A program made the position numbers and the translations under genes. This document shows positions 53,222-62,837 of a stretch of DNA of 64,000 bases, piece by piece; position 1 is the stretch's first letter; each line of letters starts with the position of its first letter. The stretch covers positions 22,070-86,069 of the forward strand of contig JBEVJN010000065.1 of assembly GCA_040510135.1 (NCBI GenBank), read 5' to 3'. The DNA comes from Acidimicrobiia bacterium. GTDB taxonomy: Bacteria; Actinomycetota; Acidimicrobiia; Spongiisociales; ZC4RG35. The notes beneath the pieces are model-generated. The model made no database searches. It worked only from the letters and a program-made list of their open reading frames with translations, and had not been told where the DNA came from.

Positions 53222-53814
53222 CGGTGGCGGAACATGAGGGCGATACGGGGCGGAGCAGAAGCGCTCTTGGGAACGGTGTGCTCCCAGAGACGTTGACAGG
53301 CGCCGCCCATAACCACCAGATCTCCCCTTCCCAGATCGAACCCTGTCGACTCACCGCCACCTCTGGGCCGGATCAGGAACCTTCGTGGCCCTCCAAGGGA
53401 GACCGTGGCGACGATGGATTGGGCCCGGTCGCGGGCGATGCGGTCGCCGTGCCAGGCAACGGAGTCGAGGCCGGTTCGATACCAGCCGGCGCTCACCTGG
53501 TCCAGGGAGATCCCGTAGTGCTCCGAGAGCAGTTCGATAATCTCGGTAATCACCGGATGCGCGTCCGCAGGAACGGCCCCGACGAGACGCGGTGTCTTGA
53601 CCAGGCGGTCGTACATGTGCACCTCGGGCTGACGCCATGGCACGGTCTCTGCGAGCCGGTCGTAGAGCCGGGCATCGCCGACCAGAAATCCCGGGGCATA
53701 GTCGAGCCAGGACTCGGGATCGAGCTCGAACCGCTCCAAACTGGCGAACCCGGCATCCGCAACCGGCTCGCTTTCACCGAACAACGATGGTTGCAATGGC
53801 TCCATAACGAACAT
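53212..53814 (-). CDS. alkB: AlkB-family Fe(II)/2-oxoglutarate dioxygenase (oxidative DNA/RNA dealkylation)
   Basis: 200 aa with SVAWHGDRIARD (HxD) and WEHTVPK...RIALMFR motifs. The 3' end overlaps the purD 3' end by 10 nt (convergent). The start is ATG 53814, with an alternative at 53805. Confidence 0.8.
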   Translation of the reverse strand: MFVMEPLQPSLFGESEPVADAGFASLERFELDPESWLDYAPGFLVGDARLYDRLAETVPWRQPEVHMYDRLVKTPRLVGAVPADAHPVITEIIELLSEHYGISLDQVSAGWYRTGLDSVAWHGDRIARDRAQSIVATVSLGGPRRFLIRPRGGGESTGFDLGRGDLVVMGGACQRLWEHTVPKSASAPPRIALMFRHRYD

Positions 53815-53821
53815 ATGTTCG
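53808..53821. promoter_or_regulatory. LexA (SOS/Cheo) box
   Basis: CGAACATATGTTCG is a perfect 14-bp palindrome matching the Gram-positive/actinobacterial GAAC-N4-GTTC LexA consensus. It spans the alkB ATG and sits directly downstream of a TAACAT -10 box (minus strand, 53827-53822). Confidence 0.6.
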
Positions 53822-53879
53822 ATGTTAGTCGATTTGTGGAGAAGTTGATCAGCTGGGAGTCGGTTACCGTCGCCTCCTC

Positions 53880-54344
53880 ATGAGTCACAAAGTCGCAATC
53901 GTCATGGGCTCGGGTACCGACCGGCCGGTGATGGAGAAAGCAGCCCAGACCCTCGACTCTTTTGGCATCCCCAGCGAGGTCAGGGTCCTGTCCGCCCACA
54001 AAACCCCGGACCAGGCACTCGAGTTCGCCGCCGGAGCGTCCAATCAGGGTTTCTCCGTGATCATCGCGGGGGCGGGAAAGGCGGCACACCTTGCCGGTGT
54101 GATGGCGGCCAAGTCGCTGCTGCCGGTGATCGGAGTCCCCATCAACGCCTCTCTCGATGGTATGGACGCCCTGCTCGCCACCGTTCAGATGCCGACCGGG
54201 ATCCCGGTGGCCACGGTGGCAGTAGACGGGGCAACCAACGCCGCCCTCCTCGCCGTGGCGATCCTCGCCCTCGGCGACGACTCCCTCACCGCCAAACTGG
54301 CCGAGTATCGGGCCGATCTCGCCGAGAAGACCCTCGCCGGCTGA
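53880..54344 (+). CDS. purE: 5-(carboxyamino)imidazole ribonucleotide mutase
   Basis: 154 aa with VAIVMGSGTDRPVM, SAHKTP, AGKAAHLAGV and PVIGVP. Confidence 0.93.
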   Translation: MSHKVAIVMGSGTDRPVMEKAAQTLDSFGIPSEVRVLSAHKTPDQALEFAAGASNQGFSVIIAGAGKAAHLAGVMAAKSLLPVIGVPINASLDGMDALLATVQMPTGIPVATVAVDGATNAALLAVAILALGDDSLTAKLAEYRADLAEKTLAG

Positions 54345-54386
54345 CCCCGATCGCTCCAATACCGACTCCGATACCATCGCGTCTGT

Positions 54387-55571
54387 ATGAGTGACATCTC
54401 CTTCGAACGACCAGACCCGAGAGACTTCCTCGACATCGACTCGCTCCTCTCCGAGGAGGAGATCATGCTCCGTGACACGGTCAGGACTTACGTCCAGAAG
54501 GAGATCGTCCCCAACGTCGGCGACTGGTGGGACGAGGGCCTCCTCCCACAAGAGGCTCTGGCCAAGGCGTTCGGCGATATAGGCCTGCTCGGAATGCACC
54601 TCCAGGGCTACGGCTGCGCCGGGACATCTGCCACTGCGTACGGGCTCGCTTGTCTCGAGCTGGAGGCCGGCGATTCTGGCATCCGGTCCTTTGTGTCCGT
54701 CCAGGGATCACTGGTCATGTTCCCGATCTGGAAGTTCGGCTCCGAGGAGCAGAAACAGACCTGGCTCCCTCGGATGGCGAGTGGAGAGATCATCGGCTGC
54801 TTCGGCCTCACCGAGCCCGACTCAGGCTCCGATCCAGCATCCATGAGGACCAGCGCTCGCCGGGACGGGTCTGACTGGGTGATCAACGGGACCAAGATGT
54901 GGATCACCAACGGGTCCATCGCCGACCTGGCGGTCGTCTGGGCTCGGACCGACGAGGGAGTTCGGGGGTTCCTGATCCCCACCGACACGCCTGGGTTCTC
55001 GGCTCCGGAGATCAAGAAGAAGGTGTCGCTTCGTGCTTCTGTCACCTCCGAGTTGATCCTCGACGACGTCCGGGTCCCCGACGATTTCGTCCTCCCCGGG
55101 GTGTCGTCGATGCGAGGGCCGCTGTCCTGTCTCAACGAGGCGAGGTTCGGGATCGCATTCGGCGCGATGGGGGCGGCACGCGCCTGTTACGAATCCGCCC
55201 TCGACTATTCGATCGAGAGGCACCAGTTCGACCGGCCGATAGCCTCGTTCCAGCTGACCCAGAAGAAGCTGGTCGAGATGATGGTGGCGGTGCAGCGAGG
55301 ATCCCTGGTGGCCTTGCATCTCGGGCGCCGCAAGGACGAGGGGACCCTCACCCCCGAGCAAGTCAGCTTTGGCAAGTTCGACAACGTGCGCAATGCGCTC
55401 GAGGTTGCCCGCACGGCGCGCTCCATCCTCGGCGCCAACGGAATCACCCTCGAATACCCGGTGATCCGCCACATGGCCAATCTGGAGACGGTCTTCACCT
55501 ATGAGGGCACCAACGAGATCCACTCCCTCGTGATGGGCCAGGCGATAACCGGTATTGGGGCGTTCAGCTAG
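54387..55571 (+). CDS. Acyl-CoA dehydrogenase (glutaryl-CoA dehydrogenase-like)
   Basis: 394 aa with GCFGLTEPDSGSD and YEGTNEIHSLVMG motifs. Confidence 0.88.
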   Translation: MSDISFERPDPRDFLDIDSLLSEEEIMLRDTVRTYVQKEIVPNVGDWWDEGLLPQEALAKAFGDIGLLGMHLQGYGCAGTSATAYGLACLELEAGDSGIRSFVSVQGSLVMFPIWKFGSEEQKQTWLPRMASGEIIGCFGLTEPDSGSDPASMRTSARRDGSDWVINGTKMWITNGSIADLAVVWARTDEGVRGFLIPTDTPGFSAPEIKKKVSLRASVTSELILDDVRVPDDFVLPGVSSMRGPLSCLNEARFGIAFGAMGAARACYESALDYSIERHQFDRPIASFQLTQKKLVEMMVAVQRGSLVALHLGRRKDEGTLTPEQVSFGKFDNVRNALEVARTARSILGANGITLEYPVIRHMANLETVFTYEGTNEIHSLVMGQAITGIGAFS

Positions 55572-55581
55572 CCGAACGCCC
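55558..55581 (+). terminator. Hairpin enclosing the acyl-CoA dehydrogenase stop codon
   Basis: GGGCGTTC-AGCTAGCC-GAACGCCC is an 8-bp stem with the TAG at 55569-55571 in the loop. TTCTACG heptamers follow. Confidence 0.55.
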
Positions 55582-55608
55582 TCGTTCTACGTTCTACGTT
55601 CCAAGTAG
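55582..55608 (+). repeat. TTCTACG heptamer tract
   Basis: TCG TTCTACG TTCTACG TTCCAAG TAG overlaps the last codons and stop of the convergent ycaQ-like gene. Confidence 0.65.
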
Positions 55609-56771
55609 TGGGCCAGGTCCCCGTTGCGACTGACAACGACGTCATTCAATCCGAGCCAGGAGGCGGTCAGTTCCAGTTCCTCACGAAGCTCATGCCCGAC
55701 CCGGGCAACATCGACACCGGGCTCGGCGAAGGCGCCCCTCACCAGGAGGGACGCTGCCTTTCGATCGGTCTTCAGGTCGACCCTCGCCACCAGCTTCCCG
55801 TCGAGGAGGAATGGCAGCACGTAGTAGCCGTGCACCCGTTTCGGCTCGGGGACATAGATCTCGATCCGGTAGTGGAAGTCCCACAACCGCTCGATGCGAT
55901 CCCGGTTCCAGACCAGGTTGTCGAACGGGGATAAGACGGCACGGCCCTCGACCTTGCGGGGCAGAGCGGCCCCCGGATAGAGGTAGGCAGCCCGGTCCCA
56001 CCCGTCGACATCGACCTCGACCAGTTTCCCTTCGTCGACTAGATCTTCGATGAGCGGCCTGGCATCGGGCATCTTGATCCGTGGGTAGTCGGCCAGGTCG
56101 GCCGCTGTTGCAACACCCATCGAGCGAGCCGCCTTGAGGAGGAGCGCCGATTGAGCGTCCTCGCGCTCGAGCCCGGCCGTCTCGAGATGCTCGGGGGCGA
56201 TGACCCGTTCGCTCAGGTCGTACATCCGTGTGAAATTGGGGCGATGGGAGGTGGTCACCCGGCCCCCCACGAACAGGGCCTCCAGGGCAACCTTTCCCCT
56301 CGACCAACCCCACATGGATGTGCCATCTCGCTGACCGGGGTCGTGGAGGTCGGCCGCCTTCAATGGCCCCCGGTCACGAACCTGCTCCAACACTTGGTCC
56401 AGGTACTCGGGATGCTCCTGTCTCATCTGCTCGATCCGGGCCCAGTTGAAGGTCGCATTCATGCGCCATCTCCACAAGTAGTGGTCCTGGACCGGGATCA
56501 GCGACGCCTCGTGGCCCCAATACTCGAACATCTCACCCGAGCCCCAAAGCCAAGCGTCGAGGGCGGCGCGGTCGTAGCTGCCGAGCCGGGAGAAGAAGGG
56601 CAAGTAGTGGGTGCGGCTGAAGACATTGACCGAGTCGAGCTGGACGAGGCCGATCCGATCGACGACGCGTCGGAAATGACGCACATCGAGACGGCCGGTG
56701 GGGCGCGGGTCGGCGAAGCCCTGCGCGGCCAGCGCCAGACGACGGGCTTGGTCGATGGTCAGTCTTCGCAT
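55587..56771 (-). CDS. YcaQ/AlkZ-family winged-helix DNA glycosylase (interstrand-crosslink repair family, DUF1006)
   Basis: MRRLTIDQARRLALAAQGF...VQLDSVNVFSRTHYLPFFSRLG...FEYWGHEASLIP is typical of the YcaQ family. The start is ATG 56771. The ORF-track extension to 56987 reads through the repeat element. Confidence 0.75.
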   Translation of the reverse strand: MRRLTIDQARRLALAAQGFADPRPTGRLDVRHFRRVVDRIGLVQLDSVNVFSRTHYLPFFSRLGSYDRAALDAWLWGSGEMFEYWGHEASLIPVQDHYLWRWRMNATFNWARIEQMRQEHPEYLDQVLEQVRDRGPLKAADLHDPGQRDGTSMWGWSRGKVALEALFVGGRVTTSHRPNFTRMYDLSERVIAPEHLETAGLEREDAQSALLLKAARSMGVATAADLADYPRIKMPDARPLIEDLVDEGKLVEVDVDGWDRAAYLYPGAALPRKVEGRAVLSPFDNLVWNRDRIERLWDFHYRIEIYVPEPKRVHGYYVLPFLLDGKLVARVDLKTDRKAASLLVRGAFAEPGVDVARVGHELREELELTASWLGLNDVVVSRNGDLAHYLERRT

Positions 56772-56812
56772 CGCCCGGCAACCTAACGCCCATAGCGGAC
56801 AGCGCCCGTCCT

Positions 56813-56961
56813 CCTTGATTGCCGGCCGACTTTGCCCGAGACACTCGACAGCGCTCCACGAATTCGCTCTCTGACGGACTACGCAGTCTCGGGCAATCAG
56901 ACGCCGGTCGGCCGGAGCTGCCGCCGCGTTGTAAAGCTGTGGACAGAGTCGGCCGGCAATC
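56813..56961 (+). repeat. Copy B of the ~145-nt nested-palindrome intergenic element
   Basis: The terminal inverted repeats are GATTGCCGGCCGACT (56817-56831) and AGTCGGCCGGCAATC (56947-56961). The inner stem is TTGCCCGAGAC/GTCTCGGGCAA. A second GTCGGCCGG lies at 56908-56916. The element occupies most of the ycaQ-purB divergent intergenic region. Confidence 0.8.
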
Positions 56962-56985
56962 AGCGCCGGCGATCGATCTGCGAAC

Positions 56986-58293
56986 ATGCCTCCCGTGATC
57001 GAGCGCTACACGCTTCCCGAGATGGCCCGGATCTGGTCCGATCAGCGCAAGCTGGAAGTGTGGAAGGAGGTCGAGACCCTTGCCCTGCAGGCGTGGAGCA
57101 AGCTGGGCAAGGTGCCGGAGGGGGTTGTAGAGGCGACGCGGGCAGCGGCATGTCCCACCCCTGAGCAGGTGGCGGAGCGGGAGCAGGTGACCAATCACGA
57201 TCTGGCCGCCTTCGTGGACCTGCTCGGAGAATTCGCCGGCTCCGACGCGGCGGGGTGGGTTCACTACGGGCTCACCTCATCTGACGTCCTCGACACCGCC
57301 GGGGGCGTCATTCTCTCCGAATCGGCCGACCTACTCCTCAGCGCCCTGGGAGCGCTATTCGACACGGTCAAGGAGCGCGCCTTCGATCACCGGGACACAT
57401 ACATGGTGGGTCGTACCCATGGCATCTGGGCCGAGCCCACCACTTTCGGGCTCAAGCTGGCCGGATGGGCCTTCGAGCTGGCCCGGGACCACACCCGTCT
57501 TCAGGACGCCCGGTCGACGGTGGGAGTGGGGAAGATATCGGGTGCGGTGGGAACCTACGCCCACGTCCCGCCGGAGGTGGAGCGACACGTCTGCGATTCC
57601 CTGGGACTAGAGGCCGAACCGGCCTCGACGCAAGTCACCGCCCGAGACCGCCACGCTCAGTACCTGCAGACGATCGCTCTCGTCGGTGCCTCGATCGAGC
57701 GTATGGCCACTGAGATCCGTCACCTGCAGCGCTCGGAGGTGGCAGAGGTCAGCGAGGTTTTCGGCAAAGGACAGAAGGGCTCGTCGGCGATGCCGCACAA
57801 ACGGAACCCGATCCTCTCCGAGCGCATGACCGGGATGGCCCGTCTCCTCCGCGGCTATGCCCAGGTGGGTGTGGAGAACGTGGCGCTGTGGCACGAGCGA
57901 GACATCTCTCATTCCTCGGCCGAGAGGGTCGTGCTCCCCGATGCGTCGATCGCGCTGCATTACATGTTGGTCAAATTCACCGGTCTCGTCAGGGACCTCG
58001 TCGTCAACGCCGATCGGATGAAGTCCAACCTCGACTCGACTCGTGGCCTGGTCTTCAGCCAGGCAGCGTTGCTCGCACTGATCGACAAAGGGATGACCCG
58101 CGACCAGGCCTATCGCATTGTCCAGGGTCATGCAATGACGGCTTGGGACAAGGGGCAGACTCTCGAGGAATTGATGACGGCCGACCCAGCGCTCGACCTC
58201 ACCGAGGATGAGCTCGCCGCCAGTTTCTCGCTCGAACGGGTGGGTGAATCGGCCGAAATCGTCTTCGACAGGCTGGCCGAACTGAAGCTGTAG
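56986..58293 (+). CDS. purB: Adenylosuccinate lyase
   Basis: 435 aa with the fumarate-lyase signature GSSAMPHKRNP. Confidence 0.95.
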   Translation: MPPVIERYTLPEMARIWSDQRKLEVWKEVETLALQAWSKLGKVPEGVVEATRAAACPTPEQVAEREQVTNHDLAAFVDLLGEFAGSDAAGWVHYGLTSSDVLDTAGGVILSESADLLLSALGALFDTVKERAFDHRDTYMVGRTHGIWAEPTTFGLKLAGWAFELARDHTRLQDARSTVGVGKISGAVGTYAHVPPEVERHVCDSLGLEAEPASTQVTARDRHAQYLQTIALVGASIERMATEIRHLQRSEVAEVSEVFGKGQKGSSAMPHKRNPILSERMTGMARLLRGYAQVGVENVALWHERDISHSSAERVVLPDASIALHYMLVKFTGLVRDLVVNADRMKSNLDSTRGLVFSQAALLALIDKGMTRDQAYRIVQGHAMTAWDKGQTLEELMTADPALDLTEDELAASFSLERVGESAEIVFDRLAELKL

Positions 58294-58297
58294 GCGT

Positions 58298-58705
58298 TCA
58301 GTCCGAAGGCGTGATGTGGACGGTGCCGGTGAACAGGGCCATTTTCCGCCCGTCCTCTCGGGTCACATCGACACGGTAGGTGCCCAGGGTACGGCCCCTG
58401 GCGGTCTCGGCGACTGACGCCCGGAGCACGTCACCTACCTTCACCGGGGCGATGAGCACGAGATGGGTGTCGATGGCGACCGCCCGATCCCCGGCACTGT
58501 TCGCAGCCAGGGAGAATGCACAGTCGGCCAGCGAAAAGACCATTCCCCCGTGGCCTACGCCGAGGAAGTTGACGTGGTGGGGAAGGACGATCAGCCCAAC
58601 CACGATCTCCTCGTCGGTTACCGAGACCACATCCACTCCAAGTGAGCGGGCAAAAGGGTCGGCGGCGAGCAACTCGGAGACCCGGGGCAGAGAGAACCCT
58701 GGCAT
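58298..58705 (-). CDS. PaaI-family hotdog-fold thioesterase
   Basis: 135 aa. HVNFLGVGHGGMVFSLADCAF is typical of the PaaI/YdiI family. Confidence 0.8.
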   Translation of the reverse strand: MPGFSLPRVSELLAADPFARSLGVDVVSVTDEEIVVGLIVLPHHVNFLGVGHGGMVFSLADCAFSLAANSAGDRAVAIDTHLVLIAPVKVGDVLRASVAETARGRTLGTYRVDVTREDGRKMALFTGTVHITPSD

Positions 58706-58738
58706 TGGCGCAGATTACGTGCACTACTCTGCCGCCAC

Positions 58739-59620
58739 GTGCCGGCTCTTCCTCATATCGCCTCGGGAAAGGTCCGGGAGATCTACGAGGTCGATGGCGA
58801 GCATCTCCTGTTCGTCGCCACCGACCGCATCTCGGCCTATGACGTCATCCTCAATCAGCTGATCCCGGACAAGGGCAAGGTGCTCGCCGGCCTGAGCCTC
58901 TACTTCTTCGAGCTGCTCGACACCCCCAACCACCTGGTCTCGACCGACCTTTCTGGTGTGGAGGGGCTTGGCGAAGACGAGCTCGACGACATGAAGGGCA
59001 GGGCGATGGTGGTCCGCCGTGCCGAGGTGATCCCGGTGGAATGCGTCGTCCGCGGATATCTCTACGGGTCGTCGTGGCGGGAGTACCGCGACGGCGGCGG
59101 CCCCACAACGGAGCATCTGCCGCCAGGTCTGAAACTCGCAGATCGACTCCCGGAGCCGATATTCACCCCGGCCACGAAGGCCAGCACCGGCCATGACGAG
59201 AACATCACCGAGGCAGAGACCCGCGCCTTGCTCGGCGACGACCTGTACGAAGAGCTGCGCAGGCGATCGGTCGACATCTACCTGAGGGCATCGGAGCACG
59301 CCGCCGACAAAGGCGTGATACTGGCCGACACCAAATTCGAGTTCGGGTTCGCCGAAGACGAATTGCTCCTCATCGACGAGGTGCTCACGCCGGACTCCTC
59401 CCGCTACTGGCCGGCGGACGAGTGGACTCCGGGTCATGACGTGCCCTCGTTCGACAAGCAATACGTGAGGGAGTGGCTGGACACCACCGATTGGGGTCAC
59501 GACCCGCCCCCACCCGACCTGCCCGAAGACATCGTGAGGGGAACTCGCTCCCGCTATATCGAGGCGTACGAGCGGATCACGGGGGGGAGATTCGACGACT
59601 ATCTGGCCCGGGGCGGATGA
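58739..59620 (+). CDS. purC: Phosphoribosylaminoimidazole-succinocarboxamide synthase
   Basis: ASGKVREIY, ATDRISAYD and LADTKFEFG motifs. GTG start. Confidence 0.93.
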   Translation: MPALPHIASGKVREIYEVDGEHLLFVATDRISAYDVILNQLIPDKGKVLAGLSLYFFELLDTPNHLVSTDLSGVEGLGEDELDDMKGRAMVVRRAEVIPVECVVRGYLYGSSWREYRDGGGPTTEHLPPGLKLADRLPEPIFTPATKASTGHDENITEAETRALLGDDLYEELRRRSVDIYLRASEHAADKGVILADTKFEFGFAEDELLLIDEVLTPDSSRYWPADEWTPGHDVPSFDKQYVREWLDTTDWGHDPPPPDLPEDIVRGTRSRYIEAYERITGGRFDDYLARGG

Positions 59621-59859
59621 AGGTCACCGTAGAGATCACGAGACGCCCCGAGATCGCAGACCCGCAGGGGACGACGATCCAACGGGCTCTTCATGACCTG
59701 GGCCACAATGAGGTCATGTCGGTAAGAGTCGACCGGGTCATCCATCTCGACGTAGACGGCGAGGACCGAGCGCTTGTGCAGAGCCGGGTAGAGGAAATGT
59801 GCCGACAGGTGCTCGCCAACCCCGTCCTCGAGGACTTCAGCGTGGAGATCACCGGATGA
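59617..59859 (+). CDS. purS: FGAM synthase subunit PurS
   Basis: 80 aa with MKVTVEITRRPEIADPQGTTIQRAL. ATGA overlaps on both sides. Confidence 0.9.
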   Translation: MKVTVEITRRPEIADPQGTTIQRALHDLGHNEVMSVRVDRVIHLDVDGEDRALVQSRVEEMCRQVLANPVLEDFSVEITG

Positions 59860-60500
59860 GCACGGCGGTAGTGGTGTTTCCTGGCACGAACTGCGAACGG
59901 GATGTGGTCCATGCCCTCACCTCGCTGGGCGGCGACGCCGAACTGGTCTGGCACCGGGAGACCGACCTGACCGACTTCGATGGCGTGGTGTTGCCCGGCG
60001 GTTTCGCCCACGGGGACTATCTCCGGACCGGGGCGATCGCCCGCTTCTCCCCGGTCATGGCTGAGGTCGGCCATATGGCGGCCCAGGGATTGCCTGTCCT
60101 GGGGATCTGCAACGGTTTCCAGGTCCTGTGCGAGGCGGGCCTGCTCCCGGGTGCCCTCATCGCCAACCGCGACCTGGCCTTCATCTGCCGCTTCGTGGAC
60201 CTCGAGGTCGTCGACAACGAAAGCATCCTCACCCGGTCGGCCGAGGTCGGGCAACGAATCCGAATCCCGCTGAACTCATATGAGGGCAATTGGGTCGATC
60301 CCGGCAAGATCGGAAGGATCGTCCTCAGATATGTCGACGACCCCAATGGCTCGCAGCAAGGCGCGGCGGCGGTGGCCAACGACCGCGGCAATGTCGTCGG
60401 CGTGATGCCTCATCCCGAACGGGGCGTCGACGAGCTGCTCGGCTCCGTTGACGGGCGGATCCTCCTCGAGGGGTTTCTCCACTCGCTGGTCCCGGCGTGA
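59856..60500 (+). CDS. purQ: FGAM synthase glutaminase subunit PurQ
   Basis: [21 protein letters not shown] (catalytic Cys) and MPHPER. Confidence 0.93.
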   Translation: MSTAVVVFPGTNCERDVVHALTSLGGDAELVWHRETDLTDFDGVVLPGGFAHGDYLRTGAIARFSPVMAEVGHMAAQGLPVLGICNGFQVLCEAGLLPGALIANRDLAFICRFVDLEVVDNESILTRSAEVGQRIRIPLNSYEGNWVDPGKIGRIVLRYVDDPNGSQQGAAAVANDRGNVVGVMPHPERGVDELLGSVDGRILLEGFLHSLVPA

Positions 60501-62659
60501 CCACCGACACCCGGCCACTCCACCAGCGGCTGGGCATGACCGACGAGGAGCACGAGTCGGTCCGCGGCTTGCTCGGGCGTGATCCGCGCCCGGCCGAGCT
60601 GGCCATGTACTCGGTGATGTGGTCGGAGCACTGTTCGTACAAGTCTTCTCGTGCCCATCTCCGGCGGTTCCCTACCGAGGCGCCCTGGGTGGTGGTGGGC
60701 CCTGGAGAGAACGCCGGCGTCGTCGATATAGGTGATGGTTGGCTCGCCGCCCTCCGCATCGAGAGTCACAACCACCCTTCATTCGTCGAGCCATACCAGG
60801 GGGCCGCCACCGGAGTCGGCGGCATCCTGCGCGACGTCTTCACGATGGGAGCGCGGCCGATTGCGCTGTGGGACCAGATCCGTTTCGGCCCCCTCGACGA
60901 CTCGAGGAATCGCTATCTGTTCAATGGGGTCGTGTCCGGGATCGCCGGATACGGCAACGCGGTCGGCGTGCCCACTGTCGGTGGGGAGATCGAGTTCGAC
61001 CCCTGCTACTCAGGCAATCCCCTGGTCAACGTGATGTGCCTGGGAATCCTCCGTCGCGAGCAGCTCGTGCTCGGGACCGCCGGGCCACCTGGCACGGTGG
61101 CGGTGCTCCTGGGCCGGGCCACTGGTCGCGACGGGATTGGTGGAGCCTCGGTCCTGGCCTCGGCCTCCTTCGACGACGAGTCGCAGGAGAAGCGCCCCAG
61201 CGTCCAGGTGGGCGACCCCTTCGAAGAGAAGAAGCTGATCGAAGCCTGTCTCGAGCTCTACGAGAGAGGATTGGTCGCAGGGGTCCAGGACCTGGGCGCC
61301 GCCGGGCTCTCGTGTGCCACGTCGGAGCCGGCGGGAAGAGCCGGGGTCGGGCTCGATGTCGATCTCGACGCGGTGCATGTCAGGGAATCCGGGATGTCCG
61401 CCCCCGAGTTGTTGATGTCCGAGTCCCAGGAGCGGATGATGGCCTTCGTCCCTCCACACCTCGTCGACGACGTACTCGCCATCGCCACGAGATGGGAGAT
61501 CGACTCGGCGGTCGTAGGGACCGTTCGGGCCGGTGCCACTCTGACCGTGCATCACGGGGGCGAGATCGTGGCCGAAGTCCCCGCCGCCTCGTTGGCCGAC
61601 GACGCACCAATCTACGACCGTCCGATGCGACGGCCGGATTGGCTGGATGGGCTGTGGGCCACCCCTCCCCGGGATCTCGATGGCGAAGCAGCCGACGTCC
61701 TCGCGAGACTTCTCGACGACCCCGCGCTCGGATCGACGGCGTGGGTCCACGAGCAGTACGACCACATGCTCTTCCTCAACACGATTGTTGGACCGGGATC
61801 GGACGGATCCCTGATCCGGATCAGAGACACGGAAAAGGGTCTTGCCGTCTCTACTGACGGCAATGGGCGGCTCTGCCAACTGGACCCGCGAGGTGGGAGC
61901 TCGAGACTGGTCTACGAGGCCGCTCTCAACGTCGCCGTCAACGGCGCGCGCCCCCTGGCGGTGGTGGACAACCTCAACTTCGGGAATCCGGAGAAGCCCG
62001 AGGTCATGTGGCAGTTCAAGGAGAGCGTGGAGGGGATCTCGGCGGCCTGTGAGGCACTCGGCATCCCAGTCGTTGGCGGCAACGTCTCGTTCTACAACGA
62101 GACCGATGGCATCGACATCCACCCCACCCCGGTCGTCGGCCTACTTGGGCTGGCCGACCCAATGCCGAAAACCCCGCCCCGGCTCTCCCGGGCCAAGGAG
62201 GGAATGGAGATCTGGGAGATCGGCCCCGACCCGACAGGGAACCTGTCCGGCTCGGCCGCGCAGAGGCTCATGAACGGCGAGCTGACCGGGAGGCCAACCT
62301 CACCGGACCCAGATGCCGCCCGAAGGGTCGTAGCGCTCGCTCTCGATCTGGCTCATCGAGTCCCGGTTCTCCACGACATCTCCGACGGTGGTCTGGCGGT
62401 GGCCGTTGCCGAGCTTTGCATCGCCTCGCAGATCGGAGCCACGGTCACGGAGGCCGGGAACAGGCGGTTGTTCTCCGAGGACCCGCACCGATTGATCGCG
62501 GTGATGGAGCCAGGCGTAGTCGACCTGCCCGGGGACTTCAGCCGGAAAGTGGGAACCGTGGGCGGCGATGCGCTCCATCTGGGACGCTCTGATCCCGTCG
62601 AGATTCGGGCGCTGACCGAAACGTTCGAAGGCGCCATCCCCCGCCGGATGGCTGGGTGA
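60497..62659 (+). CDS. purL: FGAM synthase subunit PurL
   Basis: 720 aa with [16 protein letters not shown] and PurL-wide similarity. GTG start overlaps the purQ stop. Confidence 0.95.
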   Translation: MTTDTRPLHQRLGMTDEEHESVRGLLGRDPRPAELAMYSVMWSEHCSYKSSRAHLRRFPTEAPWVVVGPGENAGVVDIGDGWLAALRIESHNHPSFVEPYQGAATGVGGILRDVFTMGARPIALWDQIRFGPLDDSRNRYLFNGVVSGIAGYGNAVGVPTVGGEIEFDPCYSGNPLVNVMCLGILRREQLVLGTAGPPGTVAVLLGRATGRDGIGGASVLASASFDDESQEKRPSVQVGDPFEEKKLIEACLELYERGLVAGVQDLGAAGLSCATSEPAGRAGVGLDVDLDAVHVRESGMSAPELLMSESQERMMAFVPPHLVDDVLAIATRWEIDSAVVGTVRAGATLTVHHGGEIVAEVPAASLADDAPIYDRPMRRPDWLDGLWATPPRDLDGEAADVLARLLDDPALGSTAWVHEQYDHMLFLNTIVGPGSDGSLIRIRDTEKGLAVSTDGNGRLCQLDPRGGSSRLVYEAALNVAVNGARPLAVVDNLNFGNPEKPEVMWQFKESVEGISAACEALGIPVVGGNVSFYNETDGIDIHPTPVVGLLGLADPMPKTPPRLSRAKEGMEIWEIGPDPTGNLSGSAAQRLMNGELTGRPTSPDPDAARRVVALALDLAHRVPVLHDISDGGLAVAVAELCIASQIGATVTEAGNRRLFSEDPHRLIAVMEPGVVDLPGDFSRKVGTVGGDALHLGRSDPVEIRALTETFEGAIPRRMAG

Positions 62660-62825
62660 TCAGTCGGATCGCTCTACCCAGCGACCTCGCTCGTCCTGCT
62701 CCCACTTCGACCCATGGATGTCTTCCGCAGGGAATCCGCCTGAGTTTCTCTGCTCGACGGGGGAGTTACCGTCACAGTCGGATGGGGGGAAACCTTCAGG
62801 TCACGGCCCGGCCTGGCCAGGCAGA

Positions 62826-62831
62826 TACCAT
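62826..62831 (+). promoter_or_regulatory. -10 box positioned for a leaderless pfk transcript
   Basis: TACCAT is followed 6 nt later by GTG 62838. No Shine-Dalgarno lies between them. Confidence 0.35.
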
Positions 62832-62837
62832 CACATC

